From the IMG/VR virus record IMGVR_UViG_3300037264_002513, positions 1-61,600 of that record: a DNA stretch of 61,600 nucleotides; one strand, given 5' to 3'. The notes below the pieces were generated by a model. The model worked only from the letters and a program-made list of their open reading frames with translations, had not been told where the DNA came from and searched no databases. The stretch's first letter is position 1, and the number at the start of each line of letters is the position of its first letter. A program made the position numbers and the translations under genes. Shown in pieces: positions 1 through 8,832 of the stretch. Source of the DNA: a virus. Lineage: Duplodnaviria > Caudoviricetes.

Positions 1-746
1 TCGTGGCCCTTTGGCAACGCGCACCGATAGGTCACCTCAAACGGTTCGTCGCGTGGCGGCGAGGTCTGCGGCACGGGATAACGACCCTCGCACCGCTGCT
101 CCCGCAGGGCGGCGAACTCTAACTCAGCAGTATCCAGTTCTTCGCGCAGCGACAGAATCGCCGTGGCGATTTCGTCGGGGAGGGATGGACCCCCAACCGT
201 ATAGCCAAACGCCGACCGTATGATCTCCAGGCCAGCTTCGCCCTCCGCACGGGCGGCGGCGAGGGCGGATTCGGCCTGCTCAGCGCGATCCACGAGGTCG
301 GGCACCTTCAGCAGCGCCGCCTTCACCGTATCAAGGCCGCAGGGTTGAGAAGTCGCTCGGGTCTGCCATCTTGAACCTTTCGGCGCACGGTACCACGCCA
401 CGTTCTCGGGCTTGAGCAGGCCGAGAGCGATGAGGTATTCGATCACGTCGTCCAGGCCGCCCGTCACGTAGTGGACGAGGAAGGGCTCCTCGCAGGCGAG
501 GCACTGGTCCCCGAACTGCTCCTGCTCGGGGCTCAGCCGGCCGCCGGGGGCCTTGACCTCGATCGCGAGCATCCCCATGCCGCGAGGCAAGAAGGCGAGC
601 ACGTCGGGCAGCCCAGGCGCCTGCATCGTGCCTTGGTAGTCGCCGCGGCGCCGGTGGGTGCCCAGCGGGTAGACCTGGCAGCCCACGGTGCAGAGCAGCT
701 TGATGATGGCGGCCTGCTCAGCTTTCTCGGGTTGCCGGCGCTTCAT
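1..746 (-). CDS. VRR-NUC (PD-(D/E)XK) nuclease with C-terminal extension; runs off window edge
   Basis: Manually translated from ATG at 746: MKRRQPEKAEQAAIIKLL...PGLPDVLAF...AIEVKAPGGRLSPEQEQF; frame stays open to position 1, hence absent from ORF track. Confidence 0.8.
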   Translation of the reverse strand, partial: MKRRQPEKAEQAAIIKLLCTVGCQVYPLGTHRRRGDYQGTMQAPGLPDVLAFLPRGMGMLAIEVKAPGGRLSPEQEQFGDQCLACEEPFLVHYVTGGLDDVIEYLIALGLLKPENVAWYRAPKGSRWQTRATSQPCGLDTVKAALLKVPDLVDRAEQAESALAAARAEGEAGLEIIRSAFGYTVGGPSLPDEIATAILSLREELDTAELEFAALREQRCEGRYPVPQTSPPRDEPFEVTYRCALPKGH

Positions 747-937
747 GTGGAGTCCCTCCTCGCCTGGGCCCGCCGATCGGCAGGCGTGTAGCCTTGAGCG
801 TCGTAGACGCCGGCTTTCACGTTCTCCTGGAAGAGCGCGCGGAGGCGGCAGGCTTCGGCCTCGCAGAGCGGGTGAGCGCCAAAGAACGGCTCCCCGAACG
901 CACAGACCAGGGCCGGCTCTGGTTGCCGGCGCTTCAT
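743..937 (-). CDS. hypothetical protein (64 aa)
   Basis: ATGA overlaps with both neighbours; GGAGG upstream. Confidence 0.6.
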   Translation of the reverse strand: MKRRQPEPALVCAFGEPFFGAHPLCEAEACRLRALFQENVKAGVYDAQGYTPADRRAQARRDST

Positions 938-1446
938 GCCTCCGACTCCTCCAGTGCCTTTTGCGCCCGCCGCACGCTGTCACAGGTCGCTAAACAACAC
1001 TCGCGAGGGAGCTCGTCCATCGGGATATACCGAAAGGACGCGCGGGCGCGGCCATTCTGATTCACATTATTCCGCCAGCACAAACGGCCCTCTTCCGTCG
1101 CGAGGACGACGCGGGGCCAATCCAGCAACACCCACGGCTCCATCGCGTCACCATCGCCATACCCGACAAAGTAGAACTGGCACGCGAGGCGGAACCAGTC
1201 GCCCGGTTCGTGGGTCGCGGGGTCTTGCCAATACTCAACCGTCACGGTTCGGAAAGAGGCGTACTGGGCGCGGAGGAACTTCTCTTGCCCCAAGATCGCC
1301 ATGCCAGAGGCGGGCAAGGTAAGCTGCACGTCAATCGCGAACGCCTGGTCGAGGATGTGCGGGGCGCCATCCTCGCGGTCAAAGCGCTGAATCTCGATGT
1401 GTTGGCCAAAGACACGCCGATAGACCTGGTCGGCAACCGGCCGCAT
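934..1446 (-). CDS. hypothetical protein, possible PD-(D/E)XK-fold nuclease (start uncertain: ATG 1446 or TTG 1509)
   Basis: LDQAFAIDVQL...GQEKF...VTVEY pattern; directly downstream of DNA MTase. Confidence 0.55.
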   Translation of the reverse strand: MRPVADQVYRRVFGQHIEIQRFDREDGAPHILDQAFAIDVQLTLPASGMAILGQEKFLRAQYASFRTVTVEYWQDPATHEPGDWFRLACQFYFVGYGDGDAMEPWVLLDWPRVVLATEEGRLCWRNNVNQNGRARASFRYIPMDELPRECCLATCDSVRRAQKALEESEA

Positions 1447-1462
1447 CCGGAGTTCTTGCTGC

Positions 1463-2638
1463 TTACGCGGGTCGGCGAGAAATCGAGAGGCGTTGTTCGA
1501 TGATGGCAAGATATTCCTCCTCTTGTTCGATGAGCACGCAGGCACGATCCGACGCCGCCTGTCCCGTCGTGCCACTACCAGCAAACGGGTCAAGCACGCG
1601 GGCGCCGGGGAGAGATCCGAACTCGACAAACCGCCGAATCAGCGCGAGCGGCTTCTGCGTCGGGTGCAACTTGGTGTCAGCGAAGTTCGTCTGCGGGACC
1701 GCGAACGTCTGAACATCGAACCGCCCGTCGTCCCACTCCGCCGGGAAGTAGAGGTCGGTGTTCCCGCTATGAAAGACCATCTCCCAGCTGTCGATGAACT
1801 TCCCGCGGGCATCGCTGCCAAGTGCCATGTTGCGGCGATGCCACACGATCCGGCTCTGGATGGGCAGCCCGCAGTCGCGGAAGATCATCTCAATGTCGGC
1901 CGCGAAGGACGGCGAACAGAACCAGAACAGATGAGACTGGGGGGCGAGCGCCGCTTGACAGGTTTCGAGCCAGCATCGACAGCGCGACAGAAAGTCGTCG
2001 CCTTGCCTGTCCCACGCCCAGTCGGTCACATTGTACGGCGGGTCGGCGATGACGAGGTCGAACGTCCCGAGGGTGGGGACGACCTTCAGCATGTCACCGT
2101 GGATGAGGCTGACGCCGGAGACGCCGTCGCCGCCGGTGCTCGTGCTAGCGATAAGGCGCGGAGCACGTCGCGCGAGAAGGGCGAACTCGAGGTCGCGTAC
2201 GCTCCACTGCTTGTCGTGCGCCTCCTCGATCGCGCGCAGAGCCTGCGCCGGGGTTTCAGTGTACGCAGCCGCCACCGCGTAGTGCTTGAACGCGATCGGT
2301 GGACCCATGCAGGTGAACCCGGGTGCACCAGCAAACGTGCGATGCGTGCGGCCCAACACCATCACCCACCGCTTCGAGCACCCAACATCGTGGGCGAATC
2401 GCTGGAGATCCGTCGTCTCCTCGCCGTGCCACTGATTCACCTGGCGCTCCAGCGAGGCCGCGACCGCCGCCTTCGCCCACAGATGCCGTTGCTCTGACAG
2501 GTCGACGACGGACCAAGCCGCCACATGGTCCTCGTAGGTCGTGCCGACAAACTCAGGTAAGCCGTCGCGGTCCACGAAGAGGGTGAGCGCGTACTGCTCA
2601 TGCGACGGAGCGGCGGACCTCTTGTTCGTGTGCTTCAC
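1463..2638 (-). CDS. DNA N6-adenine/N4-cytosine methyltransferase (beta class) with N-terminal extra domain
   Basis: Catalytic DPPY precedes HPTQKP and DPFAGSGTTG (SAM-binding motif I); GTG start at 2638 overlaps the upstream TGA. Confidence 0.9.
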   Translation of the reverse strand: MKHTNKRSAAPSHEQYALTLFVDRDGLPEFVGTTYEDHVAAWSVVDLSEQRHLWAKAAVAASLERQVNQWHGEETTDLQRFAHDVGCSKRWVMVLGRTHRTFAGAPGFTCMGPPIAFKHYAVAAAYTETPAQALRAIEEAHDKQWSVRDLEFALLARRAPRLIASTSTGGDGVSGVSLIHGDMLKVVPTLGTFDLVIADPPYNVTDWAWDRQGDDFLSRCRCWLETCQAALAPQSHLFWFCSPSFAADIEMIFRDCGLPIQSRIVWHRRNMALGSDARGKFIDSWEMVFHSGNTDLYFPAEWDDGRFDVQTFAVPQTNFADTKLHPTQKPLALIRRFVEFGSLPGARVLDPFAGSGTTGQAASDRACVLIEQEEEYLAIIEQRLSISRRPA

Positions 2639-2844
2639 TCTGCGGGCCCCTCCTTGAGCGGGGCGGTGATGCGAAGCGATGTCGGAGCGACGTGAAACTC
2701 CCTCACGCAACTGTCGCAGATGTACTGCTCGTCGTCGGTGTCGCCATCCACCACGAGCACCCAGAGCTGCGTCGCCCCGCCGCCGCAGCGATAGCAGCCC
2801 ACTTCGTGGCTGAACTCCAAGTAACCCGTGCACTCAACGGCCAC
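2635..2844 (-). CDS. small Zn-finger-like protein
   Basis: CYRC...CDSC; coupled to the MTase gene; GGAGGG upstream. Confidence 0.55.
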   Translation of the reverse strand: MAVECTGYLEFSHEVGCYRCGGGATQLWVLVVDGDTDDEQYICDSCVREFHVAPTSLRITAPLKEGPAE

Positions 2845-3076
2845 AACCCCTCCGTTCTGAGGTAGACCGACTCTATTCCCGCGATCTTCAGAAGACCGCA
2901 GCCCCCATCCCCCGGCATGACGCAGCAGGCCCGCTCGTCTCTGCTGCTCGGTTCTCAGGACACCAGCCTCTCGGCCGTCGCTACGGTCGGGGTCGTCAGT
3001 CGGCGACGTTGCCCCTAGCCCCGAACCTCGTCATGCGTTCCGCCTTCATGAACCCGGCGTAGGTATCGGCCGCGAG

Positions 3077-3493
3077 CTACAGTCCAGCCCCGGCACCGTC
3101 GCGCTCGGCGAGAATGCGCCGCACATGATCCATATCGGTGTCGCACATCGGCTCGTGGGCACACCACTGGTGCCCGTCCGGGATGCGTCCGCCGGTCGCC
3201 TGCGAGGGCCGCCAGCGATTCGCGGGGGGATCAGGGCCCGCGCCGCCCGTCGGTCCGGTTTCGTCGTCGTAGCGCCCGCCGCGCAGGTACGTCGCCGGGA
3301 GCGGGATGTATTTCTTCTCGGTCGGCCAGCGGCGCGTCTCGAGGTCCGCCAGGATGCGGGCGACGAGCGCGGCGTCGGGGCGGATCTGGGACCAGGCACG
3401 CTTCGCGTCCTGCTTGGCGTCGTGGCGCGGGTACGCAGCCCAGAAGCGGTCGAAGTCGGCCGGATCGTCGAGGCTGAACAGGGTTGGTGTCAT
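3077..3493 (-). CDS. phage replication-initiator C-terminal-like domain protein
   Basis: FDRFWAAYPRHDAKQDAKRAW...YIPLPATYLRGGRYDDE motif typical of phage replisome-organiser C-termini. Confidence 0.7.
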   Translation of the reverse strand: MTPTLFSLDDPADFDRFWAAYPRHDAKQDAKRAWSQIRPDAALVARILADLETRRWPTEKKYIPLPATYLRGGRYDDETGPTGGAGPDPPANRWRPSQATGGRIPDGHQWCAHEPMCDTDMDHVRRILAERDGAGAGL

Positions 3494-3518
3494 AGGCGCT
3501 CTACACAGCAAAGAGAGT

Positions 3519-3587
3519 GTGGCCGGCCCCGAGCGTGGTGTAGCACCCCGAGCTTGATCGGCCGCTCCGTCGAGCGACACCGACCAC
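3519..3587 (-). ncRNA. candidate structured RNA (three-way junction, C4-antisense-like architecture) in a 5' leader
   Basis: Minus strand GTGGTC-GGTGT-[CGCTC gacg GAGCG]-G-[CCGA tcaagc TCGG]-GGTGCT-ACACC-...-GGCCAC, beginning just downstream of a consensus promoter. Confidence 0.4.
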
Positions 3588-3594
3588 GCGGCGG

Positions 3595-3623
3595 ATAGTA
3601 ACGCCGGACCGGCGGGATGTCAA
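3595..3623 (-). promoter_or_regulatory. sigma70-type promoter
   Basis: TTGACA (3623-3618) - 17 bp - TACTAT (3600-3595), almost entirely within an intergenic gap. Confidence 0.75.
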
Positions 3624-3844
3624 GGCCCGCATGGTCCGCCATCCTTCCGCATCAGCTCGTCGTTGAGGTGCTTCAGCCCCTCGAGCCGGTCCTCGAGGTC
3701 GCGCACCGTGCGCTTCATGGCGGCGAGCTCGAGGCGCGGGTTCGTGAGTCTCCGCCAGAAGATGATGAGCAGGCAGGCCCACGCGAAGGCGTAGCCCGCC
3801 ATGAAGCCGATGATCGCCGACTTCCAGGAACACAGCTCGATCAT
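3620..3844 (-). CDS. small membrane protein with coiled coil
   Basis: One hydrophobic helix followed by heptad-like segment; ATGA coupling. Confidence 0.6.
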   Translation of the reverse strand: MIELCSWKSAIIGFMAGYAFAWACLLIIFWRRLTNPRLELAAMKRTVRDLEDRLEGLKHLNDELMRKDGGPCGP

Positions 3845-4110
3845 CGCAACCTCCAGACGCGCGTAGACTGACCATCCACCTTCCTAGTCGCGAATCTCCC
3901 GCGCGAGGGTGGACACGCGGTGCTGATGTGGTTCCACGTCGCGTACCGAGTTGGCAGCACAACAGACTGCCCAGGCTCGAGGCTGGCAAGCGCTGTGTGG
4001 GCCCGCACCGACTCCGAACACTTAGCCGGCAAAGCCGGTAGTGGCACGTTGTCTTCAATGACGTATGCCTCGTCGTCCATCCCTGGTGCGTCCGTTGCTT
4101 CATTGATCAT
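3841..4110 (-). CDS. hypothetical phage protein
   Basis: IEDNVPLP...LEPGQSV...FATRKVDG..RVWR pattern common in small phage proteins; ATGA coupling at both ends. Confidence 0.65.
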   Translation of the reverse strand: MINEATDAPGMDDEAYVIEDNVPLPALPAKCSESVRAHTALASLEPGQSVVLPTRYATWNHISTACPPSRGRFATRKVDGQSTRVWRLR

Positions 4111-4331
4111 CGCTTGCTCCAGTGCTTGGCCTGGGGACAGGTGGCGAAGTGGCTGTCGGCGGCGAAGAACTCGGCGACCTGGGAGAACCCCGCGACGCGC
4201 GCCACCTCGGCGGCCCCGGCATTCATCGGGATCTTCTTCCCGGCCGTCGTCTCGTACCAGTCGATGGCGGCCCCGCAGCTGCGACACACCGAGGTGTTGA
4301 GCATCGGGAGCTTGAGGTCGATGGTTCGCAT
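4107..4331 (-). CDS. small Zn-binding phage protein
   Basis: CRSCGAAIDW..T..GKKIP...SHFATCP; GAGGAGG RBS before ATG 4331. Confidence 0.7.
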   Translation of the reverse strand: MRTIDLKLPMLNTSVCRSCGAAIDWYETTAGKKIPMNAGAAEVARVAGFSQVAEFFAADSHFATCPQAKHWSKR

Positions 4332-4341
4332 GGTTGCCTCC

Positions 4342-5301
4342 TCAGCGCGCAACTGCGTACACCTCGGGCAATACCCGCAAGGGTTTATCTGCGGGCCCCT
4401 TGATGTAGGGGTGGATCCACACAGGAACATGGGCACTTCGCAGCGGGAACCACTGCTTTCGCCAGTGTCCTCGAACAATCCAACGATGGGACCATTCCAC
4501 GTCGGTTTCGCCAGGCTGGCGGGCCAAGTCACAAGACAGTTGGTGCCGCAAGGTGATGACATGACACGTCGGATCGATCTGATCACGGCTCGCCCGCTTC
4601 CCCACCTGTCCCCCAACGCGGGCTGTCGCGGTGTGTACGAGTTCCTGTTGAAGGAACATCGCGGCGGCACAGACCCATTTGATTAGGCGAAGTCGTTCAC
4701 CACTGAAGAGGTGGGCTTCATCACCAACGTCGGCAATCTTGTCTTCAGTCGCGCCATCACACCACCACGTAGGTAAATTGATCCCGCCTGGCAACCAGGT
4801 CAGCAGGCGCACGGCCAGCCGAACCTCATGCGTCGTGAGTTCGAGATAGATCCGCCATGCCAAGGCGGAGAAGTGGTGCGTCTGTCCTGCCACAGTGATC
4901 GTCGTCCAGGGACGTTCAAACACGCAGAACGCCGTCATCAGATGAGGAAGATAGGCGGGCTTGGACAGCGGAGCCTTCGTCTCAATGTCGTTCATCACCG
5001 TTGACAGACTTAGGGCCGCCTGGTGTTCGAGTGGATATGTCTCGCTCGCCTCAAGCACCATCTGGGTGGGCCCAGAGGCCCAGAAGAATATTGGCGTACC
5101 GTCAAAGAACTTCACTTCATCTAAGGGCCGTGGCCCGTACAGGCTTTTGAGATCCTTCAGCAACGAGGGATCGATCCCGGCGAGTTCCCCATTCATGTAA
5201 CGCTCAGCAACGAGCGCGATTCCCTTGCGCGCTTCGAGATACGCCTGGATGGCGTCTGCCGGTGTTTTGGCGAAGAGTAATTCCGGTGGGTTGGTTCGCA
5301 T
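4342..5301 (-). CDS. hypothetical protein with C-terminal HRWIVRGHWRKQW...WIHPYIKGP motif
   Basis: 319-aa ORF filling the gap; visibly lower GC than flanks. Confidence 0.75.
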   Translation of the reverse strand: MRTNPPELLFAKTPADAIQAYLEARKGIALVAERYMNGELAGIDPSLLKDLKSLYGPRPLDEVKFFDGTPIFFWASGPTQMVLEASETYPLEHQAALSLSTVMNDIETKAPLSKPAYLPHLMTAFCVFERPWTTITVAGQTHHFSALAWRIYLELTTHEVRLAVRLLTWLPGGINLPTWWCDGATEDKIADVGDEAHLFSGERLRLIKWVCAAAMFLQQELVHTATARVGGQVGKRASRDQIDPTCHVITLRHQLSCDLARQPGETDVEWSHRWIVRGHWRKQWFPLRSAHVPVWIHPYIKGPADKPLRVLPEVYAVAR

Positions 5302-5305
5302 CTTC

Positions 5306-5725
5306 TCACTCGATGGGATCGGGGATGACGACGCCGAGCGTGTCGGCCGCCCACTCGCGGAAGCGGTCGGTGTACTCGGCGAAGGCCGCGGGGCCGAGCG
5401 CCACCGTCGACCCGCCCACGACTACGTTGTCGACCACCTCGCCGTTCGCGTCCACGATCGCGAGCGCCTTGGGCAAGAGGATGCGCTTGGCTAGGTCGTG
5501 GACCTCTTCGGGCGTGTATCCGGTCTGCTCGGCCACCAGCTGGACGCAGCTGCCCCAGTAGTAGGCGTTCTGCGCGAGGCTACGCGCCCGGGTGGACGGC
5601 CGGATGCTGATGAGCACGTCGCCGTCGGGCCAGCCCTGGACGTACCGGCGGAGCAGGTCCACCGGCACGTCCAGGCTGCCGCCCTTGATGTGCGCCACGA
5701 TCAGAGCTGATCGCGTCGTTCCCAT
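5306..5725 (-). CDS. NinB/YbcN-like recombination protein
   Basis: RSLAQNAYYWG...EVHDLAK...STVAL...FAEYTD pattern. Confidence 0.65.
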   Translation of the reverse strand: MGTTRSALIVAHIKGGSLDVPVDLLRRYVQGWPDGDVLISIRPSTRARSLAQNAYYWGSCVQLVAEQTGYTPEEVHDLAKRILLPKALAIVDANGEVVDNVVVGGSTVALGPAAFAEYTDRFREWAADTLGVVIPDPIE

Positions 5726-5730
5726 GGCGC

Positions 5731-6207
5731 TCAGAACCCAATGTCGTCCGCCGTGAGTGGCGCATCCGGCGGGGGCTCGTCGAAGTCGCCCGCGTCGGTC
5801 GAGAACTCCGGCGGCGCGGCCGTCGCCGGCCGGGTGGGACGCACCCAGCCCGCGCGCAGCCGGCGCGCCCAGCCCCGGGCACGGGCAGCGTCTGCCCGGT
5901 TGTAGAAGGCCCTCGGCTTGCCTGACGAGGTGAGCTCCTTGTTGGCCTCCGCCTTGTCGGCCCAGTACTCGTACTGCTCAACGGCGAGGTCGAGTAGCTC
6001 GGGCGGGCAGCTCGAGAGCGGCAAGCCCTTGAAGTTGCCCCCCGTCCAGTCCCGCGGCACGTTCGTGAGCACCGGGTCGCCGTGGGGGCCGTCCAGATCG
6101 GCGTCGGTCGCCACCCGCTTGGGCAGGCCCTCCTTGGCCATCCTGACGATGGCCTTGAGGCTGTCGTCGATCGAGCGCAGCAGGACGACCGCTTCATTCT
6201 CAGCCAT
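5731..6207 (-). CDS. hypothetical protein with acidic SSB-like C-terminus
   Basis: MAENEAVVLL start with TGATG coupling; ends ...ADDIGF. Confidence 0.65.
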   Translation of the reverse strand: MAENEAVVLLRSIDDSLKAIVRMAKEGLPKRVATDADLDGPHGDPVLTNVPRDWTGGNFKGLPLSSCPPELLDLAVEQYEYWADKAEANKELTSSGKPRAFYNRADAARARGWARRLRAGWVRPTRPATAAPPEFSTDAGDFDEPPPDAPLTADDIGF

Positions 6208-7199
6208 CACGCCCTCCCCGCCAGCGCCTCGGCGGCATGTTTCATGCGGTCCACCGCCTCCGTCACGTCCGCGACGGCTTCGACGAGCACCTCCCGGAGT
6301 TCCTCGGCCTTCACCCCCGGCGCCTCGCACAGGCAGCTGAGGATGCGGAGACGGAAGGCGACCACCTTGTCGAGGTCGGGCAGCACCTCCTGCCGCGCCT
6401 TCTCCCGGCGCTCAGCGGCGAGCTTGGCCTGCTGCGCCGCTTCCTCGCGCCGCAGCCGCTCCTGGCGCTCGCGCTCGACCGCTTCGTTCAGCCGGCGCTG
6501 CTCCTCAAGAGCCTTGCGCTCGGCCTCCAGGCGCGCGGCCTCCGCCCGCTGCTCCGCCGCGATCTTGGCGAGCTCGGCCTCCTTGGCCCGCTGCTGCTCC
6601 GCCTCGAACTGCTGGCGCGCCTTCTCGGCCGCTACCCGCTCGGCCTCCCACACCCGCTGGCGCTCAGCCTCCTCCTGGCGGGCCTTCTCCTGCGCGGCTT
6701 CGAGGGCCTTGCGCTCCTCCGCCAGCTTGGCCCGCTCCTCGGCGAGGCGCTTCTCCTCCGCCTCGCGCTGGGCGCGTGCCTCCGCCTCCTGGGCGGCCCT
6801 ACGCGCGGCGATCTCCTCTTCGAGCGCCTTCACCCTCGCCGCTTCCTCCGCGGCCTTCTGGCGGGCAGCCTCGTCGTCGACCGCCTGCTTCTTAACCCGT
6901 AGCGGATCCTCGATGCCAGCCACGAGCGCGGTGAGGCGCTGGGCCTCGGAGTCGACCAGACGCCCGAACCGGAGTGCGTCCGCCTTCAGCAGCGTTCGGC
7001 GCTTCTCGATCGCCGTGCGGGTCGACCGCAGCTTGCCGATGGCCACCCGGATCTCTTCGTAGCCATCGGGGGTGTCGGCCGACATGGCCGCGCAGACCTC
7101 GCGCATCTGGGCGAGCGCCGCCTCGTTGACATCGTAGACAACGAGCGCCGCGGCGGCATCCGGCACCGGCGTGATGATGAGAGGGGTATCGGCGCTCAT
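6207..7199 (-). CDS. long coiled-coil phage protein
   Basis: E/A/R/K-rich heptads; N-terminal GYEEIRVAIGKLRSTRTAIEKRR; ATGA coupling. Confidence 0.75.
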   Translation of the reverse strand: MSADTPLIITPVPDAAAALVVYDVNEAALAQMREVCAAMSADTPDGYEEIRVAIGKLRSTRTAIEKRRTLLKADALRFGRLVDSEAQRLTALVAGIEDPLRVKKQAVDDEAARQKAAEEAARVKALEEEIAARRAAQEAEARAQREAEEKRLAEERAKLAEERKALEAAQEKARQEEAERQRVWEAERVAAEKARQQFEAEQQRAKEAELAKIAAEQRAEAARLEAERKALEEQRRLNEAVERERQERLRREEAAQQAKLAAERREKARQEVLPDLDKVVAFRLRILSCLCEAPGVKAEELREVLVEAVADVTEAVDRMKHAAEALAGRA

Positions 7200-8725
7200 C
7201 GGCCATGCTCCAGTTCCTCCGGCGCGTAGAGCCCGTGCACTACGTCCGGGTAGACCAAGCGGGCCAGCTTCGCGCTGGCGCGGGCCACGCACATATCGGC
7301 CGGGTTCTTCGCCCAGGCTGAGGCGCTCCAGGCTTTCTGCCGTGCGCCGTCTGAGGGGTTGTCTCCAAACCAGGCCTGTCGGCCCTCGGCGAGGGTGAAG
7401 GTCAGGGCGATCTCAGGATCGCCGACGCGCTTGGTCGCGAAGGTCGCGCGCTCAGCCGTGCGCTCAGTGCAGCGGAAGTACTCCGCCAGACCGGAGCGGA
7501 GCACCATCGCCCGCAGGAGGTCAGCGGACAGCGTCGCCTTGCCTTCGATGATATGCACGGCTCTCACTGACGCGAACACCGTGAGTCCGAGCTCGCGACC
7601 GGCGAGGAAGGTCATCAGAAGGGCCTGCCACGTCGTGTAGGAACCACCCCAGAGCCGCGAATCGAACGCCGCCTGTGCGAGCCAGGTCGCCTGCGTCATC
7701 GTGTTCGGCTCGAACTTACGCTCGAACTCGACATCGACGACGTTGGTCGCTACGCGCGCCAGCTCCGTCGTCGTCGGCAGCGGTGGGAGCGGCTTCAAGA
7801 CGGCTGCGTCGGACACGGGAGGGGCCTCCGGGAACGTGATCGTCAGTTCGCCCCCGTTTGGCGTCTGGACAACCGGCGGCGCGACCGGCGCGCTGGCCTC
7901 CTCCTCCGGTGGCGGCGGCGTGGGCCGGGAGGCCGGCGGCTTCTCGAGCTCCGCGATCGGGAGCTTCACATCGGTGCGAAGCGCGATGAGGGCCCGCACC
8001 AGCGGCAGCCGCAGCTTGAACCCAACCAGGGCCTGGACGATGGCCGGCGTCAGGCCGCGCGCGACGCCGCGGTCGAGGTCCACGTACATGTCGTCGAGCG
8101 ACTTCCAGGCCTTCAGGATCTGCACAGCCCGCACGGGGCCGCAGCCCTTCAGGCCCTGGATGTTGTCCGACGCGTCGCCGACGAGGGCGAGGTAGTCACG
8201 CATCTGGTACGGCATGACCCCGAACTTCTCGAAGGCCGCCGCCTCGTCATAGACTTCGCCCTGCCGCGGCGTCTTGACTTTCACGCGGTCGGTGACCAGC
8301 TGGAGGAGATCCTTGTCGCCCGACACGATGAGGACGGACGTGGTCGGCGGCAGCTGGGCCACCAACGAGGCGATGATGTCGTCCGCTTCGAAGCCGGGGA
8401 CCGCCCACACCGGCCAGCCGTCGGCCCGCAACAGATCCTGCGCGAGCTGCAGCTGGTGGAGCAGTGAGGCATCCTTGTCCCGGCGGTTCGCCTTGTAGCT
8501 GGGGTCCAGCTCGTGGCGGAACGTCTGCCCCGGGGAGTCGCAGCAGACCACCACGCGCCGCTCGCCCTCACCGAGGGCCAGCTGGTGGACCTTTGCCGCC
8601 GTCGCGTTCGCGACGTGGTTGAGCTCGGCGTTGTCCGCCGAGGTCATGTAGATGGGATACAAGATCGAGGAGAGGTCGACGGCCACCACGAGGGGCGGCG
8701 TCTCGGGTACAATAGGTTCTGGCAT
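7196..8725 (-). CDS. 5'-3' exonuclease (PolI-N/FEN-like) fused to RecT/Redbeta-like ssDNA-annealing domain
   Basis: FRHELDPSYKANR, FEADDIIASL, SGDKDLLQL, LVGDASDNIQG (5'-nuclease motifs); Pro-rich linker; C-terminal GRELGL..S...HIIEGK...MCVARA...ARLVYPD..GLYAPEEL. Confidence 0.85.
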   Translation of the reverse strand: MPEPIVPETPPLVVAVDLSSILYPIYMTSADNAELNHVANATAAKVHQLALGEGERRVVVCCDSPGQTFRHELDPSYKANRRDKDASLLHQLQLAQDLLRADGWPVWAVPGFEADDIIASLVAQLPPTTSVLIVSGDKDLLQLVTDRVKVKTPRQGEVYDEAAAFEKFGVMPYQMRDYLALVGDASDNIQGLKGCGPVRAVQILKAWKSLDDMYVDLDRGVARGLTPAIVQALVGFKLRLPLVRALIALRTDVKLPIAELEKPPASRPTPPPPEEEASAPVAPPVVQTPNGGELTITFPEAPPVSDAAVLKPLPPLPTTTELARVATNVVDVEFERKFEPNTMTQATWLAQAAFDSRLWGGSYTTWQALLMTFLAGRELGLTVFASVRAVHIIEGKATLSADLLRAMVLRSGLAEYFRCTERTAERATFATKRVGDPEIALTFTLAEGRQAWFGDNPSDGARQKAWSASAWAKNPADMCVARASAKLARLVYPDVVHGLYAPEELEHGR

Positions 8726-8832
8726 CGCGGTCCTCTGGGGCTGGGCGATCTAGGGCGCTCAGCCCCGCTTTTGTGTCTGCCTGGTGTGATGCCCTCCGCG
8801 AGCATGTCCTCGGCAGCGGTTCTGGGTCGTGG

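Noticed and set aside
6207-7199. TolA-like or tape-measure call for the E/A/R/K-rich protein
   Set aside because: Similarity would be compositional only; it lies among early recombination genes, has no TM anchor, and the phage has a P22-like short tail.
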